A stretch of DNA of 54,252 nt, counting the filler, from Dimargaris cristalligena (Eukaryota): assembly GCA_003614675.1 (NCBI GenBank). It is 3 parts of 3 records of this genome, joined end to end, with 100 filler letters (N's around TTAATTAATTAA, not from the genome) between each part and the next. Parts side by side here need not be neighbours in the genome. Positions count along the whole stretch, not along the records: positions 1 to 18,033 come from ML002777.1; positions 18,134 to 36,159 come from ML002778.1; 1 more part is not named here. One strand, 5' to 3'. The notes below the pieces were generated by a model. The model worked only from the letters and a program-made list of their open reading frames with translations, had not been told where the DNA came from and made no database searches. Position 1 is the stretch's first letter, and the number at the start of each line of letters is the position of its first letter. The position numbers and the translations under genes are program-made. Below, piece by piece: positions 11,045-21,954 of this stretch.

Positions 11045-14000
11045 ATGGACACTACCTCCGTTTACCAGCTGTTCGGTGCCACTTACCACCCGGACCCCGA
11101 GGTCCGCAAACAGGCCGAGGTTCATCTCAAAGAGGTAAGCAGATCTTGCGTCCGTTACAACTCCGACCCGTTAATTAGGGCGCCGGATTCTCTAGAATCT
11201 ACCGCTCAGCCTGGGAATACTGCCGGTCTACCGACTTATCTGGACCAGTATATGCAGACCCATAGCTATATAAGTTTTTATATATAGGTATATATATATA
11301 TATATTGCGCCCGGCGCAAGCACTGTGCCATGCTTCGAGCTGGCCCCGTATCTTCCGGGAGGCTAACTCGATCCCACCTTTGTATTTCTGTATTCCCCGC
11401 CTGCTACCTGCGTCAAATCTACTAGCTTGAGGAAACGGCGTCCCTAATTCCCCAACTATTCGAGATCCTGAACAACCACGAGTCAGATGTGGCTGTCAAA
11501 CAGGCCGTATCCATCTATTTCAAGAACCGGGTACGCACCCAGTGGGACCCATCGCCGCAGGGGAAGGTGACCCCCTTGAATGAGGCCGACAAACAGACCA
11601 TCCGGGAGAATATCCTGCAGATTATGGTCCATGCCCACCCGTCCATCCGGGTGCAGCTGGTCAGTTGCTTGACGACCATCCTCCACTCTGACTTCCCCGA
11701 CCGCTGGGCCAACTACCTGCCCTACACCCGTCACTGCCTCGAATCGGAAGACCCCAAGACCCTGCATACCGGCCTGTTGGCCCTCTTCGCCGTGGTCCGC
11801 TTCTTCCAGTGGAAGGTCGACCCCAAAGAGCGGGCCCCCTTGGATGAAATCATCGCCGTCTGCTTCCCCTTGATCCAGCAGCTGGGTACCAAGCTGGTCA
11901 ACGTCCCCGGGGACGAGCCCGCCCAGATGCTCAAGGTCATTCTGCGCTGCTACCACTCGGCTATCCAGGGCGATTTGAGTATCCACCTTCAGTCCGATGC
12001 GTCGCTGCAGGGCTGGCTGCCCCTGTGCATCCATGTCATCCAACGCCCCAATACCCTGCCCGCCGACGCCGATTTGGACGACGTCTCCAAGGACGAGGGC
12101 TGGAAGGCCCGCAAATGGGCCCTGCGGTGTCTGAACCGCCTATTCAGCAAGTACGGCAACCCGGCCCTGCTGGCCGAACCCCAGCACCGCCTGCTCCCGT
12201 TCGCCGAACACTTCATGGCCACTTACGGTGGGGAGCTCGTCCGGACCTACTTTGAACAAGTCCAGCGTTACGTGAGCCAGGAATCGCGCTTCAACCCCAA
12301 GTGTCTGTGCCTGGTGAGCACCTTCTTCAGCGATGCCATCAAGCACAAGACCGCCTGGAAACTCATCAAGCCCCACACGGAAACCCTAGTGGAGCATTTT
12401 ATCTTTCCCCAGCTCATGTACTCCGAGGAAGACGACGAGCTGTGGGAGGATAACCCGACCGAATACATCCACAAGAAGCTGGATCCCCTCGAGGATTTCG
12501 ATTCCCCCACCGGGGCCGCCGTCCACCTGCTCCGCGACCTGGCCACCGATCGCCGGAAGCACTGCTTCATGATTATCCTGTCGTTTATTAACGCGGCGGT
12601 GATGAGCTACGCCAAGGACGACCCCGTCACCCGCGATCCCCGGCGCAAGGACAGTGCCCTCTGCATGCTGGGTTCCTTGGCCCAGGTGGTCCTCCACAAG
12701 AAGTCCCCCGTCCGGGCCAACATGGAGGAATTCGTCACCACCCATGTGTTCCCCGAATTCAAGAGCCCCAACCGCTTCCTGCGCATGCGCGCCCTCATGT
12801 TCTACTGCGAATTCAGTGACCTGGAATTCCGCAACCGCCAGTGCCTCCCCTTCATTCTCGAACAGGCCCTGTCCCTGATGCAGGATCCTGAAATCCCCGT
12901 GCGGGTGCAGGCCGCCCTGTCGCTGCAGCCTCTCATTGAACACGAGAACGTGCGCGAGGCCATCGTACCCCACCTCCCGCAGATCATGACCAATTTCCTG
13001 GCCCTGACGAACCAACTGGACATTGACACCCTGGCCGGAGTCATGGAGAGTTTCGTCGAGACCTTCTCGGACCAAATGGCCCCGTACTCTTTTGAACTGT
13101 GCGGCCAATTGGCCCAGGCCTACCTGCGCATTGTGCAGGACGTGGCCAGTAGCGGCGAACCGGACAACGAAGGGGACTACGACGCCCTGAGCGAGAAAAC
13201 GTTCGCGGCCATGGGTATTCTCCGGACCATCTCAACCCTTATCATGAACCTGGAGTCCTCGCCGCAAACCATCGCCCAGCTGGAAAGCCAAGTCATCCCG
13301 CTGGCCATCTTCACCCTCCAGCAGCAAATTCTCGACCTGTACGAAGATGTTTTTGAAATCCTGGAAAGTGTCACGTTCGCGACTGAACGCATTTCCCCCG
13401 CCGTGTGGGGACTCCTGCCCCTCATCTACCGGACCTTTAGCGAAAACGGCCTGGATTACTTCGACATTATGCTGCCAACGCTCATCAACTACGTGACTTT
13501 TGGATCAGCCGAAATTGCCGCCAACTCCGACGTGCGCCAGTGCTTCGTGCATTTCGTCCGCACGACGCTGCAGAGCGATCGGTTCGGCGAAAACGACCGC
13601 ATCTGCGCCGCCCGCCTCACCGAGGCCCTGCTGGTGCACTGCCGGGGTCACTACGACGCCGAACTCCCCGAGTTCATTCGGTTGGCCACCCACTATCTGT
13701 TCACGCCCGACGCCATCACCACCCGCGGTCTGCTCGTGTTTGCGCTGGAAATGGTCCTCAACAGCATTTATTACAACCCCCACATTGCCCTAGAAGCCCT
13801 CGAGCGGATGGGCGTTACCCAGGCCTATTTCGCCAAACTGAGCGAGTCGGCCCGCTACTTCCGCCGGGTACACGATAAGAAACTCCTCATCGTGGCCCTG
13901 TGCACCCTGCTGGGTCTGCCCCCCACCACCCTGCCCCCGACCATCACGGCCGGTCTGAGCACCCTCTTCGGGACCGTGCTGCGGTCGTTCGAAACCCTGC

Positions 14001-14482
14001 CCGTGGCAGTCGATAACCGCCGGCAAATGGAAAAGGTCTACGAAGGGGAGCACGGCGACTTACTCGACCTGGACGCGCAGGACCTGGACGACTACGAAAC
14101 CGCTGACTTTGGCGAGGGTGAGGACGACGAAGATGATGATGGTAATGTCCACGATAAGGACCAGGAATACCTTAGTCATCTGGCCCAGAAGGCCGCCAAG
14201 GCCCGGGGTGATGGAGAAGCCACCGATGAGGATGGCGATGATGACGACGATGATGATGATGAAGACGACGAAGACGAGGCCCTCGACGAGGAAATGATGT
14301 TTGAGTCGCCGCTGGATAAAATCAACGTCTACGCTGAATTCCGTAATCTGTTTAACCAACTGAAGGATAACCAGTCACCGACCTTCCAGCATATGACCCA
14401 AGGTCTGGACGGTAATCAGCAACAACTACTAATGACCATCTTGAACACCCAGGATGCCCCGCCCTCTACCGAGGAAAGCTAA
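11045..14482 (+). CDS. Importin-7/8 family karyopherin-beta (Nmd5/Sxm1-like), 2 exons
   Basis: Exon 1 is 11045-11134 (MDTTSVYQLFGATYHPDPEVRKQAEVHLKE); intron GTAAGC..TAG; exon 2 is 11426-14482. IBN_N motif QAVSIYFKNRV, DFPDRW, WKARKWA, ELWEDNPTEYIHKK, RVHDKKL, acidic C-terminal tract. Confidence 0.93.
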
Positions 14483-14559
14483 GAAGCGGTGCGCCTCCTC
14501 CCTCACTAAGATAGTTTTGACGGAAAATAAGCGGAGGTTGATTAAAAGCGATCCCGCCT

Positions 14560-14562
<3 letters not shown>

Positions 14563-14603
<41 letters not shown>
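14563..14603. repeat. (TC)n microsatellite, about 20 units, downstream of the importin stop
   Basis: Perfect tctctc run. Confidence 0.95.
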
Positions 14604-14606
<3 letters not shown>

Positions 14607-16158
14607 CTATTTTTTTTAGCCATCTGACCCTAATGGCCTCGTTTAGCATTATTTTAAACCCATTCCGTGAATTATCCGTTCCCCCCCTCTTTTGAAGTTT
14701 CACTACACCCTATAAAAGTTTACTTCTGCATCTACGTTATTCATTTCCCCATTTACACCCCCTCCTTAGTTTATCGTTGATTTTACCATTATTCATTCAC
14801 CTCATCTCCCCTCTTAAATTTAATTTTTTCACCGACTCCTTTTTAGTTTATACCCCTCGGATGTGGTTTTAATTTGCCTGTGGTACTGAATAATGCCGTT
14901 AATATATTAGTTTGTTCATTATATATATACCAATAATAAGGCTCGGTGGGGAAGAAAACAAAAGTATGAAACGCAATTAGTAAGGCGGACTACGCCCTGA
15001 TTTGAACAATGATAGCCCGATTATCTGGGTTGAGAGAAAATGCCCAAGAGTCAAGTGGATTGCAGAAGTAGACACTGTCAATTCTACAAGGGAAGGGGAG
15101 AGGTTGCGAGAAACAGGTAGGGAAAGTGTTAGACTAAAGGACTGTAACCCTTGCTATTAGCATGGTTTACTACGAAACGATGGGGCTAGGCAAACATTGA
15201 TGCTGGTGAAAGACCTTTGACATTCACACGCTACTGTACTTTTTTTTTCACTCTCTTCATTTTCCAACTAAATTATGGCGCATTACTTGTTGAAAACCAA
15301 TCATGTCAAATGCTCGGACATATGGGAATAAGTCATAAATTGAGCCATTTTGGAAAATACCAACCCTATATCATATATATAAAAATACCCGGAAAAGAGG
15401 GGGAAGTCATGCACCAACATAATTAAATGGGGATGTGTATTACCACCATGGTGGCCAATGCTGAGCTTAAAGGACTGATGGCATATATTAATATCTAGAC
15501 TTAATGTCATCTCCCCTCCTCTCTCCTTTGGGAAACCGAATAGTAAACATGAATCAGTGTGCTGGGGTCAGCCCAGTTATAACTCCACTCTACCTATCCC
15601 AAAAGTAGCCGAAACTGAAAATCCCTCGACGCCATTCAGTCTGAAATGGGGATAATAAGAACACACTCGAAAAACCAAAAAACAGTGATGGGGGCACTGA
15701 CTTCGCTAGCTTAGGTGAAACTATGGGTTTATAAATGAATATAATCAGGGAGGGAATGTTAATAGAGTCCTGGCTGAACTTTGAACATGAGTAATGATAT
15801 ATAATATATATACAAAAACAAAAATAAAGGGGCCGTAGGTGAGCCAGCTCGAGGACTAGTACAAAGGCCAGTTGAGAGAAGACACTTAAAATGACAGCGA
15901 CGAAGTGGGAGCACACACGTATTTCCAATTAGGGAATAGAATAACTGGCGTTTATACGGATTTAAATAGAAATGTTAGGTAAATTGTACCAAAGGCATGG
16001 ACTAATTGAATATACTGTGAATCTCGCGACTATACCAATGTCAACGGAGAAGGGGAATGAAATGCTAGAAATATAAAAATCACAAGGGGGTTGGGGGGGG
16101 GGGATAATAATAATAATACTCGAGAGGACACACCGAGGGAAACGGGGGGCAAGTAGTA

Positions 16159-16884
16159 TTACATAATTTCCAGGTAATTGCTTGGTACAATACCGACGGA
16201 GCCGTCGGCCTTCTTGGCCTGCCACCATTTACCCTTAATATCAACGATTTCCAGGATTTCGTCCTTTTCGAAGGTCAGTTCGTTAGGGTCATCGGGGTTC
16301 GCTTCGTACATGTACTTAGCCCGGGCCTTGTAGGCGTAGTTGGCGGTGGGGATGAGGGGCATGGAAGGGATACGGATGACCTGGGAGTTAGCTACCGACA
16401 TGGTATGGGACCCACCGGTCCCGAACGTTTTGGCCATGGAGGTATGGTCGGGCAACTGGTGGTGAAGTTCGACATCCCCGCCCCAGTGACGCACCTGGGT
16501 GGACACATAGGAGCCCTCGCCGCTACCGAATATCATAATCCAGATAAAGAAGACTATCGAGACAAAAATAAGCCCGGCGCCGCAGATTTGACGGCCGACC
16601 TCGGAGCGGTAAATGTACTCGTCGATGGCCAGGAAGAGGCAGGGCAGAAGGACGGAGTAGACGGCGAGCAGTACAGAGCGGTAGTAGTTGACGGCCCGGG
16701 ACATGATGATTAGGGCGGTACCGACGATGGCGGCGAGGGAAAGGGCCAGGAAAAACCACGTCCGGTAGCTCGCTAGGCTGGCAACGATAAGGGCACCGAC
16801 CAGGGCGAGGATCCAGCCCATCATGGCCAGACAAAAGGTGCCGAAATATACGGGCTGGCTAATCAATAGTCGACTTTCAAACAT
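16159..16884 (-). CDS. SHO1: Sho1-like transmembrane osmosensor (4 TM helices + C-terminal SH3)
   Basis: Four hydrophobic segments (GWILALVG.., YRSVLLAV.., GAGLIFVSIVFFIWIMIFGS), then SH3 YKARAKYMYEANPDDPNELTFEKDEILEIVDIKGKWWQAKKADGSVGIVPSNYL. Confidence 0.9.
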   Translation of the reverse strand: MFESRLLISQPVYFGTFCLAMMGWILALVGALIVASLASYRTWFFLALSLAAIVGTALIIMSRAVNYYRSVLLAVYSVLLPCLFLAIDEYIYRSEVGRQICGAGLIFVSIVFFIWIMIFGSGEGSYVSTQVRHWGGDVELHHQLPDHTSMAKTFGTGGSHTMSVANSQVIRIPSMPLIPTANYAYKARAKYMYEANPDDPNELTFEKDEILEIVDIKGKWWQAKKADGSVGIVPSNYLEIM

Positions 16885-18033
16885 GGTGGAGCTGAACTAT
16901 GTGGGTAAGGGGTGGGGTGAAGATAAAAGGAGTCCGAAGCACCCGAGAGAGAAAAGGGGGAATAGCGTTACGGAGTAGGGTGAAGCGCCTCCAGGGCGGA
17001 GCACAAACGGATAGAGAATAAAAGGGGGAGTAGGAGTACAGTCTAACCCTCAATGGGAAAGTAGTAAAGATGGGACGACCAGCGACGGAGATTAAAAGAT
17101 GGAAGAGAAGGCTTCGACTGAACAGAGGGTAAAGAAGAAGAGGGGAAGGGAGGGGGTGCTGGCCGAGATATAAGGAGAGTCGGTTTGTTTTGGTAGCGGG
17201 AAGTGCTTGGGTGGGTAAAGCTAGAGAGGGAGAGATATAGTGGAATGGGGGGACCCAGTTGAGTTCAGCAGTATGCTCGGGTACCAGACAAGACAAACGA
17301 ATAGTAGCACAGGTATATCGATAATAGCCTGGATGTTCGAAGCAGAAGACGAAGAAGAAGAAGGTGCGACAACTAGTCCCGACACCGGTATATAAGGCCA
17401 GAACAACAGCCTAAGAAATGGCGTATTCGGAAACGAAGTCCGACGAAGTGTATGTGTGTGTGTATATGTGGGAAATGAGGGGAGCGAGTCATAAAGAGGA
17501 GAGAGAGAGAAAAGGCGTAACTAAGCCGAGATGGGATGGGATAGACACGCCTCCCTCCGCTTCATTCATATTCCAGCTTTCACTCTCGTTCGCCCGCCTC
17601 GCTGTCGCTCAATGCGCATACACTCTACTTATGCGCTCGAATGAATTAATGCGCATTGATCGAAGCATCCCCCTTTTCTCCTGCATGCTGCAAAAAATGG
17701 ACCTGGCAATGGTGCTACCGTCCCGGACCGCCGCCTAGTTGACCCGCTTACTTGGGCGCATCTGCTGCTATAACTACTAACAAAGTAGGGTTAGTCTGCA
17801 CCTCCCACATGTAGCATTGCAAATCGCATTCCCTCTTCTCTTGTTCTCCTCTAATATTATGGAGTATCCCAATATCGCGTCCATCCTCTCGGCAACCCCT
17901 ACCTCTTCCTCCCAATCCCACCGCCATGCTCACAAATACAGCTCCCGTATATCCAATGACTTCCACCCAAAAGGATCGACATTTCATCCCCCCCTCTTCG
18001 TTATACCCAGTGGTCATCTCATTCGTATTCCGA

Positions 18034-18133
18034 NNNNNNNNNNNNNNNNNNNNNNNNNNNNNNNNNNNNNNNNNNNNTTAATTAATTAANNNNNNNNNNN
18101 NNNNNNNNNNNNNNNNNNNNNNNNNNNNNNNNN
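18034..18133. other. Assembly gap spacer (44 N + TTAATTAATTAA + 44 N)
   Basis: Exactly 100 nt. The 12-mer places stop codons in all six frames. An identical structure occurs at 36160-36259. Confidence 0.97.
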
Positions 18134-18199
18134 TCGATTATCTATTGTTTTCAGTGAATTATTTACATTTTTACCAAATCCCATAACACACAAAAAAGA

Positions 18200-18272
18200 G
18201 CCCGGATAGCTCAGCTGGTAGAGCGTGAGGCTTTTAACCTTAATGTCGTGGGTTCGAGCCCCACTTTGGGCG
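18200..18272 (+). tRNA. tRNA-Lys (anticodon UUU), intronless
   Basis: Acceptor stem GCCCGGA/TTTGGGC, D arm TAGCTCAGCTGGTAGAGC, anticodon arm TGAGG-CTTTTAA-CCTTA, T arm GTGGG-TTCGAGC-CCCAC, then an oligo-T Pol III terminator. Confidence 0.96.
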
Positions 18273-18660
18273 CATTTTTTTATTTTCTATTTTTATCCCT
18301 TGGTACAATTGAAGGCTTTTATGAAAACTAATTTTGCATAATTGACCTTCAATTAAGGACGGAAATATGGGTATGCCATAGTCAATCGTTAACTCGCAGT
18401 CAGATAAAAAGGGAGATACACCGTCATGAGTTTAGAAATACTCTTTATTTATAAGGAATGGCAGCTGCGTAATTAGTCAGCAGCTGGGAAAGGGCTGTCC
18501 ATCGCATGGGCTCAAGCTGGGACCATGTCCAAATACTTGAATGAACGAACCCTGGTTTATTTCCCGACGTTTTTTGTTCCTCTATTATAAACTCTTCCGT
18601 ACCTTCCTAGCCCTTACGTCTAAACTCAACTCATCCGCGTACCTTCTTTCTATTTTCGCC

Positions 18661-20117
18661 ATGGCCGATTACTTTGGTAGGCCCCTTATGATTCCAGGCA
18701 GACCTCTCCCATACTGATGCGTATAGTTACCACCCAAGGTAGTCATCGGACCCCTCTAACCCCAATGCTTATCTTACGAACTGTGGTTGTATCACCCCCC
18801 TTGGTCGGCTACCTACATCCCTCCCAGCCGAACACAACATTAAACCGAGCGAGTCCCGGACTTCTGTCTTCGGTGGGGGCCGGAGGAACCACAATCCTGA
18901 CTTGACGGATTTTTTCAATGTCGCACCTACCCCAGAAACTATGCAACAACAGGTCGCCCCGGGGGATATCGGGTCGACTTTGAGGTAATTTCTAGTAAAT
19001 TGGGTTTAGCGTATTAAAGCAACACCATGATAGTGCCCATATTAGTATGCTCGCCGGCCATATGGCCTTGTCTTAATGGTGATCCTAATAGTAAATTACA
19101 AGCAGTAACCAAAAAAATGAAATTGATACGTTGATATGCCTAGCTTTGCTCACTAACCCATGCCCTTAAATTAAATTGGTATTCATATGTATTTGTATCA
19201 ATCTTGCCAAACGGCTTTGGACCCCCGCTTTAATCCGAATAGGTTCTTCCAGGCTATTCAGCAGCGCATTCCCGACCACGGGGAGTCCGATGAAACCCTC
19301 GACAATTTAATTACCCAGCTTATGAATGAAGCAGATTCTGGGTAAGTTCTGGTATAGTATTTGTACACTGTAACAAGTCAGCATTTCATCCAACTCGAAT
19401 AATGAAAGTATGCTTGGTATTTCCAAGCGATGGTTTAACCGTAGATATGCACTGTTTTATATTTACACTACCATTGCGGGACATTTAGCTCCAAGGGCGC
19501 CCCACCCGCATCGGCCAAATTTATCAAACAACTTCCAACGATCCAGGTCTCAGCAATCCCCGAAGGTAAGAGTTGAATCTCAATATTGCAAATAGGATGT
19601 TAGACGATCTAAATTTTACCCGCATCTTTTGATTTGACTTAACCCCCAACCAGAGGGCTTTTCATCTCCTTTACCTTCTAACCCTATATTTATAGGTAGC
19701 AGCTGTGTCGTTTGCAGTGACCAATTTTCCGCCACGGTTGATGACTCGGCCACCAGGATGCCCTGCCGACACATCTTCCACAAAACTTGTCTGGTCCCTT
19801 GGCTTGAATTGGTATGTAATTATGTGCATTTGACGGAATATCCTTGGGAGTGTTTAGATTTCATCTGAAGGGCCCCTTAAATACAAACATGGTATATCTT
19901 TGACAATTTTTAATTGATTAGCTAAATCAGCCGACACACCCCTCGCCGAATATACTTAACCACCTTCATTGCGTTTTCATGACCCCTACCGCCTTCATAG
20001 CACAATACCTGCTCAACCTGTCGCCAGGAAGTGCCGTCTGATGATCCCAACTGGCTAGCCCAAAAAGCCCGAGAGGAAAACAACCCCGAAGAAATGCAGG
20101 ACCTTATGTTTGGTTAA
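18661..20117 (+). CDS. RING-H2 E3 ubiquitin ligase, RNF181-like, 6 exons
   Basis: Manually spliced exons 18661-18676, 18828-18984, 19243-19341, 19489-19565, 19696-19811, 20001-20117, all GT-AG and phase-compatible. Protein reads MADYFAEHN...LDNLITQLM...GAPPASAKFIKQLP...CVVC..[33 protein letters not shown]...DLMFG*. Confidence 0.9.
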
Positions 20118-20492
20118 AATGGTCTTAATATACGCCATATTAGGGAAAATCCCAATGGGCCCGGTGTAATTTTACACTGGTGCTAAGGATCATAATGCCA
20201 CGCTGATCCACAACGAGTACCTTATCGCCCACCCGCATCAATTTTTTACATAGTTGGTTTATTCGTGATTTGGAAACCCGATTCCCATGAATTACTGCCC
20301 CCTTCCTCGACGGATTGAAGATGAATACAGCGTTGCCAAATAGGCACGCCAGTACATGTCGATATATTAAATGGTAGCTGTTTATTGGATATACGAGGGT
20401 TAGTATAGTTTACAGGTGGGGAAATACAGTGAGAATGGAAATATCATAAATGATTAAAAATATGGGGAAAATGCTGAATATATATAAATGTA

Positions 20493-21146
20493 TTACTTAA
20501 CCAGCCAGAGGCGTATCCGGCCCGCCATTGTAGGCAGGTATTTGGGAAGATTCGGACTTCCCTCAAAGAGCACAATGGTAGCCGAGAACAATCGGCCGAG
20601 TGAGCCCGGGGGCTGTGGAGGCTCGGACCTAATGTTATACGGCTCGCACGAAAGGAGTTCCCCTACGTGGCTGAGGGCGGTTTCGATGATGGCGTAGGTT
20701 ACGTACGGCGACGGGGTCAAGAGCACCAGGGTTCGGAAGTGACGGATGGGGTCGGAAGTCCAATGCAGCCGACGGCCCAGAAAGGGGGTGGGCGTTTTGA
20801 GCAAAATATCAAGGGCCCGGTCGTCGCTCATGCACACCATAAGCCAGCCGTCGAGCACCTCATGGGATACGATCCGCGGCGTGGCCCCCGTGGCCTTTTC
20901 GATGGCGGTACAGAGGACGGTGGAGGGGATGAGCCATGTGGGAATGGGCAATTTTGTAAAGGCTGCGGAATGGGCCCGGGCCTGGGCGATGGCCTGCTTG
21001 TAAGTGAGGCGTTGCGTCGTTGGGGGTAGTGGCTGTAAGTATGGGGGTAAGGGTATTGGCGGGGGTGGGGATGGGGAGGTCCCGGTCGTTGCCGATGGGA
21101 CCAACGGAGTTCCCGCTGAAGGAGGCTGGGCGGCCGGAGGCTTCAT
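20493..21146 (-). CDS. Hypothetical protein with a putative LINE ORF1p-like RRM-type region
   Basis: Intronless open frame from the likely ATG at 21146 (217 aa), GC-rich like neighbouring genes. Pro-rich N-terminus, then an alternating alpha/beta pattern: LVLLTPSPYVTYAIIETALSHVGELLSC...FSATIVL...LPKYLPTMAGRIRLW. Confidence 0.6.
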   Translation of the reverse strand: MKPPAAQPPSAGTPLVPSATTGTSPSPPPPIPLPPYLQPLPPTTQRLTYKQAIAQARAHSAAFTKLPIPTWLIPSTVLCTAIEKATGATPRIVSHEVLDGWLMVCMSDDRALDILLKTPTPFLGRRLHWTSDPIRHFRTLVLLTPSPYVTYAIIETALSHVGELLSCEPYNIRSEPPQPPGSLGRLFSATIVLFEGSPNLPKYLPTMAGRIRLWLVK

Positions 21147-21954
21147 GGAAGACTTATCGGGATGGGGGGGAAGGCGGGTGGTAAATGGAATCGACCAATG
21201 GGAATAGAAAACTAACCGCACATGAACAGCCAGGGGCGAGTAGTGGTCTTTAGAAGGAAAGTGAAGGAAGGGCCAACGCCAACGTAAGTCGTAGAGGAAA
21301 TAGACTGATGACTAATAAAGACCGAAAACGGCGGAGAAAGACCAAACTAAATTGGGTCATTGGGATTCAAGGCCGGCTGCTCTATAAAGAGGCGCCTGTT
21401 GCCCCCCTTCTGAGTGGCTGAGATTGCCGTAAAGTCCGCCAAAAAAAAAATACGAAATGGGGAGCGGGGGGTCTTTCGAGATCAAGTGGGCGGGGTGTTT
21501 TGGCGGGTATATTGGGGGCTCTGCCTGTAGTACAATTCAAGCCTCAGGTATTGTTCAAAAGGCTCATGGGGCTATATCACAATGCTATATTGATTATCTA
21601 CCGCATTTCCCAATAAGTTGCCCAAATCAAGTTCTTCGTGGGGTCTTGGTGAATATAACATGTTTACTACATGTCTATCTGGATCGGCTGTTTCACCCCG
21701 ACTTTTAAACTGCCATCCGATTAAGGGGGTGTGGTTCAGTTCAGTTGCTCATAGATTAGGTACTATAGTATACTGTTTGAAAGAACAAATCTTAAATACT
21801 TGGTACTAGACATCTACATTGGCGAGGCAGTATGACACCATGTAAGGCAAACGAAGATGGTGATGATATAACTCTTTTACCATGATATACCTACTGATCA
21901 CTATCCCTTCTGTTGACGCGGATATATTTATTAGCCTACTAAAGCCCTCAGTTC

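Noticed and set aside
11483..14359. Many long antisense and alternate-frame ORFs over the importin gene (likewise over TPI, SAC3, SNF2 and the zf-PARP gene)
   Set aside because: Expected shadows of GC3-rich codon usage; no recognisable motifs.
18078..18089. Palindromic TTAATTAATTAA between N runs (also 36204-36215)
   Set aside because: Artificial six-frame-stop scaffolding linker, identical in both gaps; not biological.
17817..18089. ORF running into the first gap
   Set aside because: Its stop comes from the artificial linker; no recognisable motif; probably Sho1 upstream DNA.
20161..20180. Small hairpin ccggtgtaa-tt-ttacactgg between convergent genes
   Set aside because: A 9-bp imperfect stem is within chance expectation.
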